Source: a virus
IMG/VR virus record: IMGVR_UViG_3300044712_001062
Location: 71,062 to 135,061 of that record
DNA length: 64,000 nt
Strand: one strand, 5' to 3'
Part shown: piece by piece, positions 29,475-39,500 of the stretch
How positions within the stretch are numbered: position 1 is the first letter of the stretch
How the letters are laid out: each line of letters begins with the position of its first letter
Made by a program: the position numbers and the translations under genes
The notes under the pieces: model-generated
Seen by the model: the letters and a program-made list of their open reading frames with translations, nothing else
The model's database searches: none
What the model was told of the DNA's origin: nothing

Positions 29475-30626
29475 ATGGTCGCAAAAAGAGAAATATGCAT
29501 TACCGAAGACCCATATGCATATGATGAGGCAGTCGTAAATGATTACGATATTGCCGCTGGCTTCGTAACAGCCAGTGATTGGATCGCGTATCCTGGGGGC
29601 ACCGGTTATGCACATACCGCAGCGTTCAAAACTCTGCGTGTTAATCAGCATGACGATGCAGTCAGTCGTGATACCATTCGTGAAGAGTCAACCGATCAGG
29701 TTTCCGTTGCAAGTTTGTTCGGTGGAACTATCAGTCCAAAAGGTTCTTTCAGTGGAGCATTCAGAGGGTACGATTTCCATACCACTGGTCTCTTAAGAGG
29801 AATTATGGGCTATCAGACCCCTGCAACTGTAGCAAGCCCAGCAACTGGATTCGCCGCAGGATATCGATATGAACTTACGATGGTTCCGGCAACTCTCGCA
29901 ATTAAAATTGTCGATGAAGCAGCAAAACTTACCAGTGGCGCAAAGGGATCTACTACCGTTTACCGTGGAGTAGGTATCAGTTCATTCGAACTTAAACTTG
30001 CAGCCAAACAGTATGCAACTTCAACTATTCAGTGGCTTTCGCGAAAACCTGAAGTATACGACGAGGCAGTTAACTCAAACACTGAACCAACCGGGGATCC
30101 AGCACTGTTCTACAATGCAGTTCTTAAGTGGACTCCAGAAGGTGGAAGTGCAACTCCATTCAAGTGCATTGATTTCAGCATGAGTATTAACCGTCCAATC
30201 GATACCGATGACTATTCCATTGGATCACAGTTCCTTGCAAATTTATCATACAACGGTCTTACCGAACTTGGAGGAGACATCACCCTTTCCGGTACTGACT
30301 GGGATAAGATTCGTGCCATGTATGCAGGTAGCAACAGCGATCTCATCAACACACTTGACCAGGGCAAGCGTGAATACTTCGGTAGTGTAACCAATACTAC
30401 AACCAGTAACGTCCTTGCAAACGCAATTCCTGCAGGAAAACTCGAAATTCTCCTGCACTCTCCAGACGGAACTCGTGTAATTTCCCGTATCACTTGTGAT
30501 CAGGCAAAACTTACCGAAGCAAGCCGTTCTGCACAGGGAATTCAGCGATGGAACAAGACCGTTAAGTGGATGGCAATTACTAACAACACCAGCAAATTCT
30601 ACGTTGATGTTTGGAACCCAGTATAG
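29475..30626 (+). CDS. major tail tube protein
   Basis: Beta-rich, 383 aa, optimised codon style, positioned before the chaperone and TMP. Confidence 0.75.
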   Translation: MVAKREICITEDPYAYDEAVVNDYDIAAGFVTASDWIAYPGGTGYAHTAAFKTLRVNQHDDAVSRDTIREESTDQVSVASLFGGTISPKGSFSGAFRGYDFHTTGLLRGIMGYQTPATVASPATGFAAGYRYELTMVPATLAIKIVDEAAKLTSGAKGSTTVYRGVGISSFELKLAAKQYATSTIQWLSRKPEVYDEAVNSNTEPTGDPALFYNAVLKWTPEGGSATPFKCIDFSMSINRPIDTDDYSIGSQFLANLSYNGLTELGGDITLSGTDWDKIRAMYAGSNSDLINTLDQGKREYFGSVTNTTTSNVLANAIPAGKLEILLHSPDGTRVISRITCDQAKLTEASRSAQGIQRWNKTVKWMAITNNTSKFYVDVWNPV

Positions 30627-30698
30627 AATCCCCTTAATTTTTCTATTTTTTAACTTCGCTACATTCGGGTTATATAAGGTAAATACCCAAAATGTGGT

Positions 30699-31436
30699 AT
30701 GGTAAGAGGAGTCAAAATCACTACCGATCTTCCGATTAGTGATTCTTCATTCAATATAGGCAGAGATCCACTTGTTGAGCAATCAATGAATGGAAAAGGT
30801 GGTCAAAAGTTATACGGCGGGTTATATAACAATATTAGTGGTTCATTTGGTGGAGCACTTCGAGCAAGTATGGTTACATATGCTTCGACAATGATAACTG
30901 ATAATGGTAAAAAAGACTATACAATTATAACCAACGACGATAACGGCAATGGTATTAGCGCAACTGATTGTGCAATTACTTCTTGTGAAATTTCCATGAA
31001 AGCCGGTGATTATGGTAGAATTTCCTATAATTGGATCGGCCAAGAATACTCAATGACAGCAGGTGCAGGTGCTGGCGATTACAGCGCTGATATTGGTGTG
31101 TTTTCTGGTGGATCGTGTAGTGCGGGAAGCGTCAGTGCATTTAGTGTGAAAATCGAACGCCCATATTCCGCTGACGATTTCATCATAGGAACTGACTATT
31201 TCTCACAATCAATCTATCAAAGCGGTGATACTAAAGTCACAGGAACCATCACACTGGCCCAAGCAACTGCATATCCAGGAGCAAGCGTAAGTGGAGCAAC
31301 ATTCGACTTTGACGTTGCAGGTGTCACAATAGCCACTATGATTCTCACTGGAATTGCTCAAAATACCAGTAGTAGAAGCCTCATTCAAAAAACATACAAC
31401 TGGGCTTGTGGATCTGACGATATCGAATTCACTTAA
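30699..31436 (+). CDS. tail tube paralog 2
   Basis: Shares LYGG..GSF.GA.R, ITSCE, RP...DD..IG and GTITL with 29475..30626. Confidence 0.7.
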   Translation: MVRGVKITTDLPISDSSFNIGRDPLVEQSMNGKGGQKLYGGLYNNISGSFGGALRASMVTYASTMITDNGKKDYTIITNDDNGNGISATDCAITSCEISMKAGDYGRISYNWIGQEYSMTAGAGAGDYSADIGVFSGGSCSAGSVSAFSVKIERPYSADDFIIGTDYFSQSIYQSGDTKVTGTITLAQATAYPGASVSGATFDFDVAGVTIATMILTGIAQNTSSRSLIQKTYNWACGSDDIEFT

Positions 31437-31438
31437 AC

Positions 31439-32308
31439 ATGTTCATCAAAGGACTTGCCTTAAATTCAACATCCCTACCAATATTATCCACAAATTTCTC
31501 CACCGATAGAAATTTATTAATTGAAGAATCATGTGGATCGGTTGGTGAGCCTAAAATTTATGGTGGAAATTACACTACAAATGGCCAATTTAGCGCAGCA
31601 TATCGCCCTGAAATATTCAACACTTACATCCAAAACGGTCTACTAGGCAACACATCAGGTGGGGTTGGTGAATCCTTTTCATTCTACGATGTATCCACTG
31701 GCGATCAATATGGCAAAGTATGGACATTTGCATCATGTGCGATAACATCATGTGAATTAAGCGTAAGAACTAAAGATTTCGCCCACATAACATTTGACTG
31801 GATTGGAACCTATAAAAAACCACTCGCATACACCTTGAGTGCCCCAGACAACACCAAGGAAATCCCAATATTTTACAATGCAACCATCCAAGGAATTAAA
31901 TGCACTGGAGTTACCATTAAAATCACCAGGCCATTAGGTAACGATGATAATATCCTTGGTAGTCAATATACTCAATCCCTTTACCAAAATGCCAATTTGA
32001 ATATCGAAGGTTCAATATCATTATCCAACCGAGATTACACATACATAGACGACATCATAACAACCGGTGATGAAGCAAATTGGAATAACGATGATCCAAA
32101 ATCCAATGTGGTAAGCCTTGGGCAATTAGTAATCAACTTACATAATCCAAGTGGCACTAAACGATTAACCACCATAACCCTGCCAAACATCAACGCCGTC
32201 AATACTGAAGTTTCAACTGAAGGACAAAGTCGCTTTGAAAAATCCATTAAGTGGCGTGCAACAACATCCAATACAAGCGCAATACAATTCAGCGATGTTT
32301 ATCCATAA
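31439..32308 (+). CDS. tail tube paralog 3
   Basis: Shares the same blocks, plus LHNPSGTK/LHSPDGTR and KSIKWRA/KTVKWMA. Confidence 0.7.
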   Translation: MFIKGLALNSTSLPILSTNFSTDRNLLIEESCGSVGEPKIYGGNYTTNGQFSAAYRPEIFNTYIQNGLLGNTSGGVGESFSFYDVSTGDQYGKVWTFASCAITSCELSVRTKDFAHITFDWIGTYKKPLAYTLSAPDNTKEIPIFYNATIQGIKCTGVTIKITRPLGNDDNILGSQYTQSLYQNANLNIEGSISLSNRDYTYIDDIITTGDEANWNNDDPKSNVVSLGQLVINLHNPSGTKRLTTITLPNINAVNTEVSTEGQSRFEKSIKWRATTSNTSAIQFSDVYP

Positions 32309-32401
32309 TTTTACTATTTTTTGAACATTTAAAAACTAAATTTCTAAATCTCAAAACACCCTTACATTACATTTATATAAGGACAATTTGAACTTTGCTT
32401 A

Positions 32402-32905
32402 ATGACTCGTAAAGCGGTAAATAACGGACGTTTAGAAATTAAAGGCGATGACGATACTTATATCATCAAAGTTCCAACCGGACCACTTGGATGGAAACAC
32501 TTTAGAATTCTCATGGAAGTTGAGAACGAGCGTGCCAATTGCCCAAGAGAACCAGTATTCGTTGACAAAATGGTCGAAGTCAAAGATGCAAAAGGCAAAG
32601 TAATACTTGGTGAAGATGGCAAACCCAAATTCGAAAAAGTCCTTGATGAAAATGGCAAGCCGATCAGAGTTCCACTCCTTGATGATCTGGGTGTTCAGGT
32701 CGAACGTGTATTAGAAACCCCAGCCCTAAAAGAAGTGATGATGACCCAGATGGACAAATGGGTAGAGTTGGTGCTTCCGTCTATCCTAATCTCACATGAA
32801 CTTGATGAAATTCCGTGGACCCAGTTAATGGCAATCTTCACGGCGGCGGTGCAAAATATTTCAATAGACAACCGCTCCTTTCGAGATATGGACGAGCCTG
32901 TATGA
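32402..32905 (+). CDS. tail assembly chaperone (gpG-like)
   Basis: Between the tail tube genes and the TMP; has its own late promoter. Confidence 0.7.
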   Translation: MTRKAVNNGRLEIKGDDDTYIIKVPTGPLGWKHFRILMEVENERANCPREPVFVDKMVEVKDAKGKVILGEDGKPKFEKVLDENGKPIRVPLLDDLGVQVERVLETPALKEVMMTQMDKWVELVLPSILISHELDEIPWTQLMAIFTAAVQNISIDNRSFRDMDEPV

Positions 32906-33122
32906 ACAAGCAACCCAATGTAATGATCCAGATGGTTATGACAATAGATCTGACGAAATGATGAAGTCAATAGGCTTCTTGGCATTGCTATCAGGTTGTT
33001 TACCACACCAAGTATTCGAAGCAGATAATTGGTTTGAATGCCTATCGTTTGACCTTCGTTGCTCTAATTTGGTGTGGTCCGAAATGATTCCAATATTAGC
33101 AGGCAAGATGGGCTTTAAATGA
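32880..33122 (+). CDS. +1 frameshift extension of the tail chaperone (gpGT-like)
   Basis: 80-codon +1 frame (FEIWTSLYEQ...GKMGFK*) entered at TCC TTT CGA (32876-32884). The +1 frame has a stop just upstream of this site. Confidence 0.7.
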   Translation, partial: FEIWTSLYEQATQCNDPDGYDNRSDEMMKSIGFLALLSGCLPHQVFEADNWFECLSFDLRCSNLVWSEMIPILAGKMGFK

Positions 33123-33167
33123 TCCATTACCCATACATTTATATAACTTCAAAACTAATTTGTATGT

Positions 33168-33232
33168 GCCCAACATGAACAAACAGTTCAAAGCAAGGAT
33201 CTTTTTTTCCTTGTTTTTGTTTGTTTAGGATT
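33168..33232 (+). ncRNA. hairpin sRNA family copy 5
   Basis: TTTATATA at 33138, TTTGTATGTGCC, stem TGAACAAACAG..AAGCAAGG / CCTTGTTT.TTGTTTGTTTA. Confidence 0.65.
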
Positions 33233-33356
33233 ATACGGCATTGTATCGCTGAACTCTCAACATCAACAAACAACTATTTTATTTTTAATCCAAATGATAT
33301 AGCCAACGCTATCCAATTTTAAACTTTGAGAAATGAATTGCCGACAACCTCAAAAC

Positions 33357-33412
33357 TACTCTAAACAAAACAACAAAGAAGGGGTTCCCTCTTTTATGTC
33401 TTGTCCATCGGC
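33357..33412 (-). ncRNA. hairpin sRNA family copy 6
   Basis: TTTATAAT at 33441, TTTGTATGTGCC, a stem, ending TTGTTTAGAGTAG. Convergent with copy 5. Confidence 0.65.
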
Positions 33413-33522
33413 ACATACAAATATATCGCAACTATTATAAAAATGTATTGATCACCGTGCATAAAACATCACCGGCGAATGACCCTCCTGATTTTATATG
33501 TGGTAAATAACATTGAATTGGT

Positions 33523-36500
33523 ATGGCTCAATACAGTGATGAACAGTATAGCAGGATGGTTAAGGCCATTAATGGTGCATTAAGTGGAATTTTCAATAAG
33601 CCAAGAGAATTACCACATTATGCGGAGGGCACTAACGATCTTACTGGCACACAAAAAATTGAGCAATATGCAAGAGACTTGATGCTTGGTGGAATATCCC
33701 CAGAGGAAATAGCGAGGAGATATGCTGCACAGCAATTCGCTCAAAAAGGAAAATATAGCGAAGCATCAGTCAAACAACTTGCTCCTCACATCGCTGATCG
33801 CCTACAGCCAATTCGACAAAATGTTCAATCACAAGTAAGTAAATATAATCAAGTTAAGGATCCTGTATTGGAAAATGTCATTCGCATTATTGGACTTACT
33901 GGCCATACTTCCAATATGAAAGCCATAATGGATGGCAAAAATATTAGTCCTGAACTCCAGGAAATGTATATTAAAAATGCATATGCAAAGAGATCTACTA
34001 TTGCGACTAATAATTTCCAAAATATTATAAAGTCGAAATCAGGCCCTGAACTTGAAAAATACCTCAAATCACTTGCAAGAGTTAAAACTTCAAATCCACA
34101 ATTTGATCAAATAGGTGGTGATATTGGTGGAAATGCAGTGGCAAGACACGTTCGATCTTTAATGAAGGCCAATGAACCTAATATCATGGGAATGGGTATT
34201 AGTCGATCTATCCTGCGTAATTATATTCCAGATGTTAAACCAATTGCTGCCAAACCAGCCACTCAAATTTCAGATTCATATGCCCAAAAATTCCTACAAA
34301 ATGTTCAACGTAATCAATCATTAAAAGGTCACTTTGCAGCCTTGCAAAACTTTACTAAAGTTGGACAAAACCTTCCAGCATTTGGCCTGCAAAATATGCT
34401 TAAGAGCCTTAAATCTCCTAAAATGCCCAATCAAATTAGTAGATTGCCAAATTTAAATTTCATGGGCAATAGTCGTGATAGTCATAAATATGGCATTTTA
34501 GATTCTATTAAGTCACGTAAAAAAGATATAATATCAACTGGACTCCAAGGCGCTGGAATCGCAGGACTTGGAATGCTTGGAAGTTTTGTTGGTAATCTAT
34601 TTTCAAGTGGAATTCCAATGCCATTTAAAGAAGGGGGTATGATTCCCCGATTTAATAGCGGTGATTATATAGATGCAGAAGAAGCACAGGGTGGACAACT
34701 TCAGTTTAGAAATGCTGATTACTTTAATAAAATATACAAGGAACAAGTAAATGGATTGATGAATTCCAAGGGTAAAAATCTTACTTTTTGGAGAGGAGCA
34801 GATGGCCACGATCCATCAGTAATATCTGATAATCAAATGGAAACTTCTGGAAAATGGTTCACTCCAGATCAGAATTATGCACAGGACTATGCCAAGTATA
34901 CTAAAGGTAGTTTGTTTCGTGTAGACATTCCAAAGAAAGATGTAAAACATAGCCAACTTCGCAATTGGTTATCACAAGCAGCATCTCCGAATGAAGCAGT
35001 GTTGCCAAAGAATTTTGCTGCAATGGCAAAACATTGGGGCAAATTTGCTAAAGGTGGACTTGGTGGTATACCTGCACTCATTTCGTCACATGAAAAATTC
35101 GTCTCGCCAAATGTAACTGGAAAATATGGAGTTAAACTCCTAAATGCTATAAACCGAGGTGGGATTGATGGAAATTTAGATAAACATGAACAATTATCAA
35201 TTTCCAAGATGATCTCTGGTAAACAATTGTCAAATGGTGGGATTTCGACTATTATGGGTGGTAGTGGGAATCCAACTGCTGATGACATATTTAGTGTATT
35301 GCCAAGAAATTCATATATTGTCAATGCCAAGGCAAGTGCTGAAGTCGATAAGCATTTCCCAGGTTTGTTAAATTCAAGTGGAGTTAGTCGATTTGCAAAT
35401 GGTGGACTTGCTGGATTTGCCAAGGGAGATCAAGTAGATCCACGCAAATATGATTCAATTGCCAAGAACTTTGTAGGATCTTACAGTGCCGATATGGGCA
35501 CGAGTAGTGATGCAATATATGGTAATTTATTAGGCTCCAAGGATTTATTTGCATTAGTTGCCAAGAATACTAATAGACGACAGGGAGATTTACGTAGTCA
35601 ATTAGATAGTGGTGATGTTAAGGCTCACGATGATTTGAAAAATTATGCAAATCGAGTAATGCCAATTGTTGAACAGGCAATTAAACAGGCATTTCCAGAT
35701 ACAGTTAGAAATCCGGGACTTGATGGTAAATCATATCCAAAAGTTGATTATTCAAGTGATGGTTCGAAATTTAACAATCAGCGATATTCAAGTATAGCGG
35801 GAGTAGGTCCGACTCAACCACAATACGGTGATAAAGTTGCACATGCTGGAATTACATCTTCATTTTCAACAGTTCCTGGTGCTGGTCTAACCAATGTAAT
35901 GAGCAAAGGCTTTGAACAATACAATGCAAATAATGATCCTTTTGCATATTTAATGAGATCGTTCAGGAAAAATAATGCTGAACAAAAAATTGATCAGTTT
36001 TTTAAAAATATGCATATGGCAAGTCAGGTAATGGGAAAGGGTATTTTTTCAGAATCTGATGATATGGATGTTGGTGATCGTAGATCAATGGGTAAGTCAA
36101 GTGTTGGTGGTTTGTATCGTGGACACATGACCTATAAACAGGGAGAACTTACTGATCATGCTGGTGCTCCAATTGGCCCCGCGGGTGCTCGCATAGACAT
36201 GAGCGATGCTTGGGCATGGTCTACTGATGAATTAAATAGTATTGGAAAAACAAAACCAAATCGTGGTAGAATTAGAAGTGCAATTCATGATATGAGTGGT
36301 GGTATTGGGACGTTCTTTAAAAACATGGGAAGTCCAATGGATACCAAATATAGTTTCTCTGCACAAGCAAATGCTGATGTTGGTGGAATATATTCTAATA
36401 TTGATACCAGTAAATTGTCAATTGACGAACTTACAAAGGTTTTGGAAACTGGTAGACTTAATGGGCAAGATCCACAAGAACTGAAGAAACTTTCAGCATT

Positions 36501-39500
36501 TATTAGCAATCGCAAGGCATATGACGATGCTCCTAAAAATATTGCTGAAGAATTTAGTCGTGAATTTGGCAATACAATTGGAAAAAGTCAAATAAAAGAT
36601 TTAATTAATATTGAACGTGGTGTAGCGACTGATAACAAAGGAACTCAAAAAGCAACTACTGTGGTTACTACTGATATATTAAAAACAATGCTTGATAAAA
36701 GTGGAATGGATCCTGCTGAAATTGAGCAACGTATTGGTCATGTAATGAGCAGGGTTTTCCAAGTCCCTGAAGAAATGAGACCAAATTATCAAAGGGGTCT
36801 GACTGATAAACTATCAGCAGGAGTAATGGGGACTAATGGGCAGATGGTTCGTGGTCGTACTGACTTAATGAACTTTGATAGAGAAGGTCGTCCAGAATTA
36901 AATGCAAATGCCATAAAACAGTCGGGTGCTGATTTAAATCAAGTTCGTAAAGTAGCAAATGAATATCACAAAGAATTTATTGCGAATAATAATGTAGCCA
37001 CAGTTTCTGTTAATCATACTGCGGAATCGGTTAAGAAGGTTGGTCTTGGCATTGGTGAGATGAGCAAGAGTGAGAAAATCTTATCTACACTTTCTTGGAA
37101 ATTTGCATCGTTAAGTATGTCGGCAATGGGTGTATATTTCTCCATGCAGTCTGTGATAATGATCTTCCAGCAGGCTGTAGGAGCAATCACAGGACCACTT
37201 AGTGATATCGAAGGTATGATGAAGAACATTGGCATGTCCAATGCTTTTGGTGGTCTTGTAAACGCCAATAGCGTGATGGACAAGATGAATGTCAATGTCG
37301 ATGATCTTACTAATGGATGGAAGCAGGTAACTGGATTAACCGCGACTATTCAGACGATGTTTGCCACATTAGGTGCTAAAGTTTTTGGTGATTCATCATT
37401 TAGCGATAGGTTATTGGGGCCGCTTCAAGATTTATTTGCTGAATTGGGTAGTGCTGAAAACATTGATACATTCCAAAGTTTAATTGAAAGTGTAGTTAAG
37501 GCTGCTCCTGCAATGGTCGAAGGAATGAAGACATTTGCAAGCGTCCTTAAGATGATTACGGACAATCAAGGTTTAATGCAAGTGCTTGCCAATTTGTATA
37601 TAATGTCGATTTTGGTTCAGCCCCTTGCAAGTGGATTTACTGCATTGCTCACAGTGATTGGTGGATTTGCCGAGATGACAAGGCTTGTCCAAACTTTCAA
37701 TGCCGCGTTACTTGCAACTGAAGCAATTTCCAAGAGTTCGGCAGCATCATTCTTGGTTGGATGGGGATTAGTCCTCGCAGAAATTTTACTCGTTGTCGAA
37801 GCAGTTAGTGAACTTGCCAATTTAATGCAAGTATCGCCAATGTTCCTTGGACAAGGTAATTACCTACCGACATTATCCAATGGCCTTAATATTTCAGGGG
37901 TAACAGGCGCTCTTACTGGAACTCAAGGCAATTTCGCAACTGGCGGAGAAGTTAATGGTCCTGGTGGTCCACGCGAAGATAAAGTCAATGCAAGATTAAG
38001 TGATGGTGAATATGTTATTAATGCGCAATCATCCAAGAAATTAGGCAAAACATTCCTCGATGATTTGAACAATTTCGCGCAAGGTGGCACACCAAATCCA
38101 GCATCAATTCCATTAGGCCCAAGTGCAGCATATGATGTAGGTGGTCGATCCGACACTAATTACTATGGTGGAAAAACAGTAAGTGCGTTGGAAGATAATG
38201 CAACAGTAAATGGTATTACTTCCAAAGTATTGAATGATGCCAAGGAAAGTGATGGAATTGGCGTATATGTTCGCAATTGGAAAGAAGGAGATTGGGGTCC
38301 AGGAAAAGGTAATGGTAATAACCAAACACCATTCCAACTTCCAGACATTGGATATGTTTCAAGATTGTTAAGTGCAACTCCAAATAATTTCAACTTCAAT
38401 GGAAATAATGCAAATGCAAATCCAAATCCAACAACAAACCCAACTACAAATCCAGGCAGAATAACTGTAAATCCAAGCCCAACACCAAATCCTACGCCAA
38501 ACCCTACGCCAAATCCATCGCCTACACCAAATACAAATCCAATATCAACTGTAATAAATTCAATAGTTTCATCAATAACTTCATTATTAGCAACTATGAA
38601 TTCTACAACTGTTGGTTACAATCCAAAGACTGGAAGGGTTCGTGTTAGAATACCACCACCACCGAAACAAAATGGTAGTGGGTCAACTAATCACCAATCT
38701 GGAAATATAAATCCGTCAGCAGGGTTTGCAAATAGTGAACTGTCTGAAATTTACTACAATCATGCTGGATATAGAAAGTGGGGAGATATTACTGATTATG
38801 GTCCACAGTCACGTAAGAAAACTGGATATATGGATCGGTGGAATAATGGTAATTACAATTATGGAAATGCTCCAGCAAATGCACAAAATGCAGCAGGGAG
38901 AAAGTTTACATTAGATCCGCAATTTGGGTTTATCCCTGGTGATTACGTAGGTCCAAATCAACGAGCATTATGGAGTAATGATGCAACGTGGGGTAGTGAT
39001 CCAGCAGATCATGGAATGACTATGCAAGTTGCTGCAACTACTGGTGGTGATGCTGAATCAGTAGCAAAGGCATATGGTTCAGTAAAAGTTCAGAATGCAA
39101 TAGTTGGATATGCGGGAAAAGGATTCCAATGGGCTGGCCAAGGTGCACCTGCGGCAATTGCAAAGGTTGGTGCAAAATATGCTCCACAAATGCTTCAGAA
39201 TAGTAAAACTGCAGGAATTGCTGGTAGATATGCAGCAAGTGGTGTTGGTAAAGGAGCTGCACTTGCAGGAACTGCATTTACAAAAGCCAATGCAATTGCA
39301 TTCAATCCATATGTAATTGCAGGGGCTGGAATATTAGAAGCAGGATCTGAAAATGACAAGTTTGTTAAGCAAGGTCAATCACTTGACAGTATGATGGATC
39401 CAAAATACAAGTCAAATTCAGTAACTGGTTTATTAACTGGGGGAGCAGTAGCACCTACCTATGCACGAGGAATGAAAATTATGGCTGCATCATATGGCAA

